A stretch of DNA of 54,059 nt from an uncultured Rhodothermales bacterium. Lineage in GTDB: Bacteria; Bacteroidota; Rhodothermia; Rhodothermales; UBA10348. The DNA lies in contig CAZGOS010000002.1 of assembly GCA_964527795.1 (NCBI GenBank), positions 1-54,059 of the forward strand, written 5' to 3'. A program made the position numbers and the translations under genes. Each line of letters opens with the position of its first letter. The first letter of the stretch is position 1. Positions 1 through 8,207 of this stretch are shown piece by piece. The notes under the pieces are model-generated. The model made no database searches and had not been told where the DNA came from. It was given only the letters and a program-made list of their open reading frames with translations.

Positions 1-914
1 TCTCCAGGCAAGTGTCCGCCGGTTCCGGTTTTCGCCCCCTGACCCCCCTTAAAGTGGAATGCCTGGCATCGAGCGACCTTGTCCAGACTCCAGCCGAAAC
101 GGCCCGACGCCAGCTCATAGAAGTATCTGCTGTTGGCTTCCTGTTCTTCAGGAAGCATGCCGCCTTCACCCGAGCAGATGCCGGTGCCCGCCATCTCAGC
201 TCCTTTCGCCAACGCCGTTTTCGCCTCTTCACTGAGTGCCCCGTAACTCATGTCGCTGACAAACAGCGGAATCTCCAGTCGGAGCGGTTTCTTCGCTCTC
301 GGTCCAATCACAAGCTCCGTTGACACGTCGGCGGCGTCCGCAAGCGGACGTCGGGCCAGTTGGGCGGTGACGATCTGAATGTCGTGCCAGCGCGGCAGGT
401 CCGTTAGTGGAACGCCCATCGCAGAGACTGGTCCGTGGTGCCCAGCCTTCGTCAGACCGGTACGCGCCAGTTCCTGAATCTGGCCGTTGTACGGCTCTTC
501 GGACGTGCCGTGAACGTCCTGGTACAATCCCAGGTAATCGTCTCTTCGATACGGCTGTGGATGCCGGGCGGCCCAGGCTGCAATTTCATCCTCGTCAACG
601 AGAACCGCGTCGCGTTCGACATCGATCCGGGCTCTGAATCGCTTCAGTACCTCCTCGTTGTTGTACTCGCTGACTCCCGTATCGTAGCGGTAATCCCAGT
701 AATGAACCCCACAGATCAGATTCGGCCCGTCTATGAATCCGTCTGCCAGCAGCGCCCCGCGGTGGTGGCAGCGCCCGTACATGACGGAGACCTGATCATC
801 ATGTCGAATGACAACCAGATCAACATCGGCAACCAGTGCGTAGGCCGGTTCGCGATCGGCCAGATCGGACCATTTCGCGATGGTAAAAGGATTTGAAAGA
901 ATGGCAGGGCTCAT
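1..914 (-). CDS. Rieske [2Fe-2S] domain fused to an FMN-dependent glutamate-synthase (GltB domain 2)-like protein; 3' end runs off the window
   Basis: Absent from the ORF track because it has no stop in the window. My reverse-complement translation from ATG at 914 reads MSPAILSNPFTIAKWSDL...GRCHHRGALLADGFIDGPNLICGVHYWDY (CxH...CxxH Rieske motif). It continues ...LEIPLFVSDMSYGALSEEAKTALAKGAEMAGTGICSGEGGMLPEE...FHFKGGQGAKTGTGGHLPG (GltS FMN-domain signatures). The frame is continuous (checked at positions 50, 329, 410 and 914). Confidence 0.75.
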   Translation of the reverse strand, partial: MSPAILSNPFTIAKWSDLADREPAYALVADVDLVVIRHDDQVSVMYGRCHHRGALLADGFIDGPNLICGVHYWDYRYDTGVSEYNNEEVLKRFRARIDVERDAVLVDEDEIAAWAARHPQPYRRDDYLGLYQDVHGTSEEPYNGQIQELARTGLTKAGHHGPVSAMGVPLTDLPRWHDIQIVTAQLARRPLADAADVSTELVIGPRAKKPLRLEIPLFVSDMSYGALSEEAKTALAKGAEMAGTGICSGEGGMLPEEQEANSRYFYELASGRFGWSLDKVARCQAFHFKGGQGAKTGTGGHLPG

Positions 915-990
915 TTTCGGATTTCTTGATGTGGTTCAGTGCTGTGACTCAGTTCTGTGGTTCCAGGTGAATGCAGGCATCGTGTTCCGT

Positions 991-1014
991 CATATTCAGA
1001 ACCATATTCAGAAC
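991..1014. repeat. perfect 12-bp tandem duplication (catattcagaac x2)
   Basis: Read directly. It lies immediately 3' of the stop codon (1016-1018) of the minus-strand isomerase gene. Confidence 0.9.
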
Positions 1015-1015
1015 C

Positions 1016-2014
1016 TTATTCCGTGAATGCGTCGTCGAACGCCACGTCGGATGTAGGAAAATCAATGTCGCGGACAAATCCACAGGCTTCTTCGGCTCCG
1101 TGTTCACGATCCATTCCGCCATCCTCCCATTCAACCGAAAGCGGCCCCCTGTATTCGATTCTGTTTAAAGCCCGTATGATTTCTTCAAAGTCGATAGCAC
1201 CGCGGCCCGGCGAGCGAAAATCCCAGTAGCGCCTGGCATCACCAAATTCCGTGTGCCCGCCAAATACGCCGGCCTGCGTAGGCGTAGCAGACCACCAGAC
1301 GTCTTTCATGTGCACGTGATAGATGCGATCGGCAAAACAGTCGATGAATGCCACATAGTCGACACCCTGATACCCGAAATGGCTGGGATCGAAGTTGAAA
1401 CCGAACGTTTCGCGTCGATCGAGCGCTTCGAGCGCACGCTCGGCACTGGCTATATCGAAGGCGATCTCCGTCGGGTGTACCTCGAGGGCGAACCGCACGC
1501 CAACCTCATCAAAAACATCCAGGATACCGTTCCATCGAACGGCAAAATCCGTGTATCCGGTTTCGATCAATGCCGAATCCACCGGTGGAAATGAATACAG
1601 AAGGTGCCAGATGCTGCTCCCTGTGAATCCATTGACCACGTTTACACCGAGGCGGGCAGCCGCCCGGGCCGTGTCTTTCATTTCTTCCGCAGCCCGGCTC
1701 CGTACACCCACCGGATTGCCGTCACCCCAGACGTGAGCGGGCAATATGCCTTCATGGCGACTGTCGATCAGATCGCAGACGGCCTGCCCCACGAGATGGT
1801 TGCTGATAGAGAACACCTGCAGGCCGTGGCTGGAGAGGATTTCTCGCCGGCCGTCGCAGTAATCGTCTTCCGCAAGTGCTCGTTTAACGTCGAAATGATC
1901 CCCCCAACATGCGAGCTCAAGACCGTCGTATCCCCACGCACGTGCCTTTTCTGCGAGCACTTCCAGTGGGAGATCCGCCCACTGTCCTGTAAAAAGCGTT
2001 ACTGGTCGTCCCAT
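1016..2014 (-). CDS. sugar phosphate isomerase/epimerase (xylose-isomerase-like TIM barrel)
   Basis: 332-aa [46 protein letters not shown]... and [14 protein letters not shown]-type motifs are typical of the AP_endonuc_2/xylose isomerase-like fold. It is tightly followed by a Gfo/Idh/MocA gene. Confidence 0.8.
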   Translation of the reverse strand: MGRPVTLFTGQWADLPLEVLAEKARAWGYDGLELACWGDHFDVKRALAEDDYCDGRREILSSHGLQVFSISNHLVGQAVCDLIDSRHEGILPAHVWGDGNPVGVRSRAAEEMKDTARAAARLGVNVVNGFTGSSIWHLLYSFPPVDSALIETGYTDFAVRWNGILDVFDEVGVRFALEVHPTEIAFDIASAERALEALDRRETFGFNFDPSHFGYQGVDYVAFIDCFADRIYHVHMKDVWWSATPTQAGVFGGHTEFGDARRYWDFRSPGRGAIDFEEIIRALNRIEYRGPLSVEWEDGGMDREHGAEEACGFVRDIDFPTSDVAFDDAFTE

Positions 2015-2064
2015 ATCCCCTTCCTCGGCTTCTCTAAATAGTGTCAGCGATCATTGCTGTGCAA

Positions 2065-3234
2065 TTATTCGCCGGGCGGCTGATACCGAACGTCGAGCCA
2101 CTCCCTGCGCATACTGCTTTCGACCACGGATTCAACAAAATGCACGCCACGAGTACCGTCCTGCACGGTTGGGAAATCAAGGTCATATGGATGTGGGTCC
2201 GAACCCGATATCCGTGCGGAGATCGTTCGGCCGGCGTTGCGATAGATATTGGCAAATGCCTCCAGGAACGCTTCGGGATGACCCCACGGAAACCTGGTAC
2301 TGTGGCCGGCGATAGGGTGCAAATAGGGATTCCCGCGTTTCAGGATTTTCGTAGGCCGCTCGTGAAAACGGTGATAGAGCCAGTTTGGATGCTCCTGCGA
2401 CCAGTCGAGCGAGGCTTCCGTTCCATAAATCCGGATGCGAAGGTTGTTCTCTTCACCAACGCTTATTTGCGATGCGTAAAGTATTCCTCTCGCCCCTCCT
2501 TCGTAGTGGATTAATACCGCGCCGTCATCATCGAGCTGTCTTCCTTCAACCATGATGGCCAGATCGGCAAGGAGCTCTTGCATTCGAAGCCCCGTGATAT
2601 ATCCGGCGAGATTTTCCGCGTGCGTTCCTATGTCCGCAAGGGCGGAGGAGAGTCCGGCGCGTCTCGGATCGGTTCGCCACTCAGCCTGCTTATTGCCCTC
2701 GACCTCCTGCATCGTGGCCAACCATCCCTGCGGGTATTCGACGACGATCTTTCGGATCGTCCCCAGTTCCCCGGCACGAACCATTTCGCGCGCATGCTTG
2801 ACCATGGGATAACCGGTGTAGTTGTGCGTCAGAACAAATATCACATTGTGCTCGTCTACGAGCCTGCATAACGATTCAGCCTCGTCCAGGGTATTCGTAA
2901 GCGGTTTGTCGCAGATAACGTGGAAACCGGCTTCGATAAAACAACGTGCGACCTCGAAGTGCAGATGATTTGGTGTCACGACTGAAACGAAATCAATGCG
3001 GTCGCCCTCCGGCAGGGCGCTCTCGCGTTCAGCCATTTCCTGATATGAATCGTAAACACGGTCAGGATTCAGAAAAAGCGTCTCACCCTGCCCTCTGGAC
3101 TTATCGGGGTTCGATGAAAAGACGCCTGCCACCAGATCCATTTCTCCGTCCAGAGCAGCCGCCATGCGGTGAACAGCGCCAATGAATGCGCCCGGACCAC
3201 CTCCAACCATGCCGTATCTTAGTTTCCTCTTCAT
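2065..3234 (-). CDS. Gfo/Idh/MocA family NAD(P)-dependent oxidoreductase
   Basis: 389-aa ORF with an N-terminal Rossmann motif (LRYGMVGGGPGAFIGAVHRMAA) and the EKP-like segment ICDKPL. Confidence 0.85.
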   Translation of the reverse strand: MKRKLRYGMVGGGPGAFIGAVHRMAAALDGEMDLVAGVFSSNPDKSRGQGETLFLNPDRVYDSYQEMAERESALPEGDRIDFVSVVTPNHLHFEVARCFIEAGFHVICDKPLTNTLDEAESLCRLVDEHNVIFVLTHNYTGYPMVKHAREMVRAGELGTIRKIVVEYPQGWLATMQEVEGNKQAEWRTDPRRAGLSSALADIGTHAENLAGYITGLRMQELLADLAIMVEGRQLDDDGAVLIHYEGGARGILYASQISVGEENNLRIRIYGTEASLDWSQEHPNWLYHRFHERPTKILKRGNPYLHPIAGHSTRFPWGHPEAFLEAFANIYRNAGRTISARISGSDPHPYDLDFPTVQDGTRGVHFVESVVESSMRREWLDVRYQPPGE

Positions 3235-3322
3235 AATTCAATTCGAACGATGCTGTTCATTAATCGGGAATTCCAATATCGGAAACGGTGTTATTGAAGA
3301 CTCCGGAAATGCTCGGCTCCAT

Positions 3323-3352
3323 TTATTCTTTATCGTTTTATTCTTTATCGTT
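3323..3352. repeat. perfect 15-bp tandem duplication (ttattctttatcgtt x2) in a divergent promoter region
   Basis: Read directly; coordinates verified against the frame of track ORF 3288..3497 (SIYSLSFYSLS). Confidence 0.9.
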
Positions 3353-3378
3353 GAATAATACGGTCCGGAAGCAATCGA

Positions 3379-4119
3379 TTGTACTTTATTCATTCCGGAA
3401 ACGGAGCCATCCGTCACATCGATTTGCACAACAGGAAAGCGCCGACCATATTGATCGTCGACGACGAGGAGGATATCCTCGATTTACTCGCTTATAATCT
3501 TGAGCGAGAGGGATTTCTTACCCTGGTCGCAAAAGATGGGCAGAAGGCTATCAACATCGCTGAATCGACTAGTCCCGACCTCATCATTTTGGACGTGATG
3601 ATGCCAAATGTCGACGGCCTGGAAGCGTGCGTTCTGCTTCGTGAGCACCCTGTGCTTGAACATGTTCCAATCTTGATGCTGACGGCCAGGACCGACGAGG
3701 AGGACCACGTTCTGGGCCTCGACGCGGGTGCGGATATCTATCTCACAAAGCCTATATCGTTACCGGTTCTTATCAGTCAGGTCAGGGCAGCACTTCGTGG
3801 TTCCGGGCGTATTGATACTGAAACGAGGACGATTCGGGTGCATGACCTGGTAATTGATCGCGAACGCTACATCGTTCGCAAAGCCGGAGAAGAAGAACAA
3901 TGCTTTCGACTTCCCCGAAAAGAATTTGAACTGCTGTTCTTTCTGGCTTCCCGACCCGGGGTGGTTTACTCAAGACAGGACCTCCTGGATTACGTCTGGG
4001 GTACGGATGTGTTTGTCGTCGATCGTACAATCGATGTTCACATTCGCAAGATCAGGGAGAAAATCGGGGGCCGTTATATTGAAACGGTAAAGGGAGTGGG
4101 CTACCGTTTCTTAGCCTGA
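3379..4119 (+). CDS. OmpR/PhoB-family response regulator (receiver domain plus winged-helix)
   Basis: ILIVDDEEDILDLL...DLIILDVMMPNVDGLE...LMLTAR receiver motifs, and C-terminal ...VDRTIDVHIRKIREKIG...IETVKGVGYRF (Trans_reg_C). Track start 3379 is TTG. An in-frame TTG at 3424 (MHNRKAPTILIVDDE) gives a more typical N-terminus. Confidence 0.85.
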   Translation: MYFIHSGNGAIRHIDLHNRKAPTILIVDDEEDILDLLAYNLEREGFLTLVAKDGQKAINIAESTSPDLIILDVMMPNVDGLEACVLLREHPVLEHVPILMLTARTDEEDHVLGLDAGADIYLTKPISLPVLISQVRAALRGSGRIDTETRTIRVHDLVIDRERYIVRKAGEEEQCFRLPRKEFELLFFLASRPGVVYSRQDLLDYVWGTDVFVVDRTIDVHIRKIREKIGGRYIETVKGVGYRFLA

Positions 4120-4178
4120 ACCCGGCTGTGCGATTGTGAGTATTCCTGGTTACCTAAATTTCTGTCGGCACAATTCGT

Positions 4179-5279
4179 ATGAAGCTGCGCGCGCGTAAAA
4201 GAAGACTTGTCAACATCACCGCCCGGCAAGCTTTAAAGATGCACGGCCTGTCAGGCAAGATTGCCATGCTTACAGGGGCCCTGACCGGCACGTGTGCCCT
4301 TCTGATTATTCTCGTATATGGAACTGATGTAATAATCCCCGTAGCGATTTTCGTTGGTATCTCCATCTTCGCGACCTATTACTCGGCAAGGCATTTTCTC
4401 GATGCCCGCATAGAGCTTGCACGGTCGACACTACGGCGAACCCGGAAATACAAGTTCGGCAAGCTTGATGAGGCGGACTTCCCGAAGGGCGACGAGTTGA
4501 ATGAACTCATTCGCCAGGTGTACCGAACGGGTCAATTACTCGAGCGAGAGATCAGGCAACTCAGACAGGTCGCCGATTATCGTCGTGCATTCATCGGCAA
4601 TGTCTCGCATGAATTGAAGACACCCATATTTTCCATTCAGGGATACGCGGAGACGTTGTTGGAAGGCGCTCTGGAGAATCCGGACGTGAATCGCAGATTC
4701 ATTGAACGAATTGTCCGGAACGCTGATCGTCTGAGTAGTTTGACGAGCGACCTGATCGAGATTTCACGGATAGAATCGGGAGAGCTCAAAATGCATTTTG
4801 TGCCGTTCGGGCTATACGATATTGTTTCCGAAATATTCGATTCCCTGGAACCCAATGCGGCGAAAAATCAAATCAGAATGCGTGCGTCAATTCCTTCCGA
4901 TCTACCACATGTAAGCGGTGATCCCCAACACATCCGACAAGCCCTTGTCAATCTTCTGGACAATGCCATCAAATACACCGATGCAGGCGGCGAAGTGAAA
5001 ATATCCGCGCAGACGCAAAATGGATCCGTGCTGATAGCCGTCTCGGATACAGGAATAGGCATTGCAAAGAAGTATATTCCCCGCGTCACCGAACGATTCT
5101 TTCGCATTGACAAAAGTCGATCGCGTTCTGCCGGCGGCACCGGCCTCGGCCTGGCAATCGTCAAGCATATCCTGGCGGCCCACCAGCAGAATCTTCGGGT
5201 GTCAAGCAAACCGGATGTCGGATCGACTTTTCGATTTCAGCTACCCGTAGCAGGGAGTAAGACAGCCGTGGGTGAATAA
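4179..5279 (+). CDS. sensor histidine kinase (HisKA + HATPase_c)
   Basis: Two N-terminal TM segments, H-box FIGNVSHELKTPIFSI, N-box LVNLLDNAIKYT, and G-boxes VSDTGIGI and GGTGLGLAIVKHI. It directly follows the response regulator. Confidence 0.85.
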   Translation: MKLRARKRRLVNITARQALKMHGLSGKIAMLTGALTGTCALLIILVYGTDVIIPVAIFVGISIFATYYSARHFLDARIELARSTLRRTRKYKFGKLDEADFPKGDELNELIRQVYRTGQLLEREIRQLRQVADYRRAFIGNVSHELKTPIFSIQGYAETLLEGALENPDVNRRFIERIVRNADRLSSLTSDLIEISRIESGELKMHFVPFGLYDIVSEIFDSLEPNAAKNQIRMRASIPSDLPHVSGDPQHIRQALVNLLDNAIKYTDAGGEVKISAQTQNGSVLIAVSDTGIGIAKKYIPRVTERFFRIDKSRSRSAGGTGLGLAIVKHILAAHQQNLRVSSKPDVGSTFRFQLPVAGSKTAVGE

Positions 5280-5409
5280 CATTCAACCCGGAATCGGTGT
5301 GCATTCCGATCACGGTTTCTGGAGCGCACCGGATCACAGACCTGTGCCTCGGAGAAGACACGGCTCAGGTATTGATTGACGATGCCGAAGAGGGAATCCT
5401 TTTTATCGG

Positions 5410-6387
5410 CTATTGATCGGGTGCGGAAACGGGCTCAGAAACGGGCGCAGAAATCGGTGCAGAAACGGGTGCAGAAACGGGAACGGACGTTAACCAACCG
5501 TAGGGATCGTTACCTTGTTCCAGAATATCGAAGAACGCCTCCTGCAATCTCTTTGTAATCGGACCACGTTTGCCCTCACCAACTACGTGATGATCCACCG
5601 CTCGAATCGGACTGATTTCAGCCGCCGTTCCCGTAAAGAACAATTCATCGCATATGTAGAGAATCTCCCGTGGCAACAGTTGTTCATGAACGGAAAGACC
5701 CATGTCGCGGGCGATCCTGATCACGGAATTGCGCGTAATGCCCGGCAGAATGGAAAGCGCCGTCGGAGCTGTATAGAGAGCACCGTCCTTCACAACGAAC
5801 AGGTTCTCGCCGCTGCCTTCAGCCAGGTATCCGTCAATGCTCAGCATGATGCCTTCGGTGAAGCCGTTCAGGACGGCGTCCATCTTCACGAGCCCCGCAT
5901 TGAGGTAATTTCCTCCCGCTTTCGCCATTGCCGGGAATGTATTCGGCGCCATGCGATTCCAGGAAGCTACCTGCACGTCAACACCTTTTTCCAGCGCATC
6001 CGCTCCCAGATAAGCTCCCCATTCCCACACGGCGATGTAGGTCTCGACCGGATTTTTGAGCGGATTGACACCCATCGGTCCTACACCTCGGAAAATCAGA
6101 GGTCTTATATAACAGGCTTCGAGTCCGCTGTTTGTTATCGTGTCGATGGTTGCCTGTTCCAGTTCCTGGGTCGTGTAGGGCGAAGCCATGCGATAGATTT
6201 TCGCTGAATCTACCAGACGCTGCGTATGTTCACGAAGACGAAATACGCTCGAACCTTTATCCGTTTTGTAGCAGCGAATGCCTTCAAAAACAGAGGTTCC
6301 ATAATGCAGCGCATGGGTAAGGATGTGCACTTTTGCCTCGTTGTGAGGAATAAGCTCTCCGTTGTACCAAATATCCGGTTCAGGCAT
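5410..6387 (-). CDS. ilvE: branched-chain amino acid aminotransferase (class IV)
   Basis: MPEPDIWYNGELIPHNEAKVHILTHALHYGTSVFEGIRCY..., ...GGNYLNAGL..., ...ELFFTGTAAEISPI... The likely start is the ATG at 6387 (M19 of the track ORF). The C-terminus carries a PVSA-type repeat extension. Confidence 0.85.
   Translation of the reverse strand: MPEPDIWYNGELIPHNEAKVHILTHALHYGTSVFEGIRCYKTDKGSSVFRLREHTQRLVDSAKIYRMASPYTTQELEQATIDTITNSGLEACYIRPLIFRGVGPMGVNPLKNPVETYIAVWEWGAYLGADALEKGVDVQVASWNRMAPNTFPAMAKAGGNYLNAGLVKMDAVLNGFTEGIMLSIDGYLAEGSGENLFVVKDGALYTAPTALSILPGITRNSVIRIARDMGLSVHEQLLPREILYICDELFFTGTAAEISPIRAVDHHVVGEGKRGPITKRLQEAFFDILEQGNDPYGWLTSVPVSAPVSAPISAPVSEPVSAPDQ
5414..5485. repeat. 12-bp tandem array, about 5-6 units (gaaacgggNNca)
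   Basis: Units at 5426, 5438, 5450, 5462 and 5474, plus a degenerate one at 5414. Verified against the frame of track ORF 5376..5558 (KRAQKRAQKSVQKRVQKR). It forms the 3' end of the minus-strand ilvE ORF. Confidence 0.85.
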
Positions 6388-6584
6388 GGCTTCTCTCCAC
6401 TCTTCGGTTAAACTGAGGATCCCGGGATGAACCCAACCCACGTAGCCGACTGGAAATTACGCCTGAATGAACCCACCCTGTAGAAAAAAGGTTCGAATTG
6501 CGTGTCAATACGGCGGGAATACGACCATCTGAGACGATTCAGGTACCCTCGTACCGGTTCGTATCCATCCAACCATTCGGGCCC

Positions 6585-7274
6585 TTACCGTTTTCCTCGT
6601 GCAAGACGGTAAATAGTCGCCAGAATCTTTACAGACGCCTGATAAGTACCAGAAAGGGTACCGGTAACTTTTGACGTGCCAATGCGTTTTCGGTACGAGA
6701 CGGGCACCTCGATGTACCGGAGCCCGTGCTGAACCGCCTTGATCTGCATCTCGATCGTCCAGCCGTAGGTGCCTTCTCTCAATTCGAGGCGATCGAGATC
6801 CCGTAGTCGTATTGCGCGAAAAGGTCCCAGATCGGTGAAGTGTGCGTTCCAAAAAAGGCGCATCAGAGCACATGCCAGCTTGTTGCCCAGGATGGCCTGC
6901 GGTAACAAGGCTCCAGGTTGCGAATTTCCACGAACGCGCGAACCGATCACAAAATCTGCTTCATCCCGGAGGATCGGCTCCACTATGCGACCGATTTCTT
7001 CCGGATAGTCACTGTAATCACCGTCGAGGAACGCAAGAATATCCGCGCCGTGCCGGCGGGCCCAGTCGATACCCGTCAGACAAGCGTATCCGTACCCCCG
7101 TCGTTCCTCCAATAATACAGTCGCGCCTTCGGCTCTCGCCCTGTCGGCTGTTTGATCTGTGGAACCGTTGTCGACTACGACGACGTCCGCGACCATGTGC
7201 CTGGGAATCGCACGAAGAACCATTGCAATTGACTGCTCTTCGTTCAAGGCTGGAATAATGACAATCGTCCGCAT
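6585..7274 (-). CDS. family 2 glycosyltransferase (dolichyl-/polyprenyl-phosphate sugar transferase-like, soluble form)
   Basis: MRTIVIIPALNEEQSI...VVVVDNGSTDQT...FLDGDYSD...: a GT-A fold with a DxD motif. Confidence 0.8.
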   Translation of the reverse strand: MRTIVIIPALNEEQSIAMVLRAIPRHMVADVVVVDNGSTDQTADRARAEGATVLLEERRGYGYACLTGIDWARRHGADILAFLDGDYSDYPEEIGRIVEPILRDEADFVIGSRVRGNSQPGALLPQAILGNKLACALMRLFWNAHFTDLGPFRAIRLRDLDRLELREGTYGWTIEMQIKAVQHGLRYIEVPVSYRKRIGTSKVTGTLSGTYQASVKILATIYRLARGKR

Positions 7275-7343
7275 CGAAATTGAAGGCGCTGGAGCCTGTT
7301 TGGAGTCGATGTCCGCCCGAGAACAGGGTCTAATTTGAAATCA

Positions 7344-8207
7344 CTATCTCGGAGTCTGTTTGTCAACGAATCCGATCACGCCAACGGCCGAGGAATCGAG
7401 CGTCCACTGCAGTTCAAATCGACCTAACGATCCAAAGAATCCGTGTGCGTTCTGCAGGTTGACCGGATTATCTATGCGCTCCCATTCAGGGCTCTGTACG
7501 GAGACAAACGCTCCGACGCTTCTCAATTCGATAGCAGGACCATCCGTCGGCCATCCAATGTCTCTGAGAACAACCTGCTGATCCCTTTTGAGATAGGCGT
7601 CGAATTCCCACCCGTTTACTTTTAGTCGCCCGTCCTGGTCATATTGGATGAATACGGTCGTGATCGCATTCTCGTTGGGACGTGAGACCTCATACCGCAT
7701 TGCGATATGAAGGGGCGGCGCGTCCAGCCCCTCGATGAAAATCACCTGGCTGAATTGCAACGTATCACCCACCGGTTCGCTTGCGAAAAACGATGGTCGT
7801 CCGGGGATGGTGGTCGTCGCTTTTGCTGCCGGTTCGCCTCTCCTCCAGACTTGAAGCTCATAGGTGTGATCGAATAGAGGCGTGAAAACGCCCGAAAACA
7901 GATGTGCTATCGACCCGTCGAACAATTCCACCGGCGAATCTGACCATGTGACGACTTCCGACGTCTGTACGTCCACCGACTGTATGGAAATCTCATGCAA
8001 ACTCGGGTTTTCGGCAAGCACAGTCGCGGTGAGCGCGTTTATCCGGACGGTTTGAGTATCTGAATCTGAATCCAGGAATCCGTGGATCGCAAAGACCTTC
8101 TCCGCATCATCCGTCAATGGAGAGATTGTATTGTCACAACCGGGCAGGACCGTGAGGCCCAACAACCAGCAGGCAACAACCGCAGATATGTACCGACTCC
8201 CTTTCAT
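7344..8207 (-). CDS. lipoprotein, DUF4249-like partner of the upstream TonB-dependent receptor
   Basis: Lipobox LTVLPGC after a signal peptide. The start codon directly abuts the receptor stop (8208). The size and position match DUF4249 lipoproteins that follow CarboxypepD_reg-type receptors; the family assignment is from memory, not a search. Confidence 0.5.
   Translation of the reverse strand: MKGSRYISAVVACWLLGLTVLPGCDNTISPLTDDAEKVFAIHGFLDSDSDTQTVRINALTATVLAENPSLHEISIQSVDVQTSEVVTWSDSPVELFDGSIAHLFSGVFTPLFDHTYELQVWRRGEPAAKATTTIPGRPSFFASEPVGDTLQFSQVIFIEGLDAPPLHIAMRYEVSRPNENAITTVFIQYDQDGRLKVNGWEFDAYLKRDQQVVLRDIGWPTDGPAIELRSVGAFVSVQSPEWERIDNPVNLQNAHGFFGSLGRFELQWTLDSSAVGVIGFVDKQTPR

Noticed and set aside
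12-896. Plus-strand ORFs 12..323, 407..637 and 435..896 at the window start
   Set aside because: They are antisense to the continuous Rieske/GltS-like reading frame, which has strong family motifs.
6489-6503. GGTTCGAAT string resembling a tRNA T-loop
   Set aside because: The flanking bases cannot form a T-stem, and I could draw no acceptor or anticodon arms. I found no other tRNA-like region in the window.
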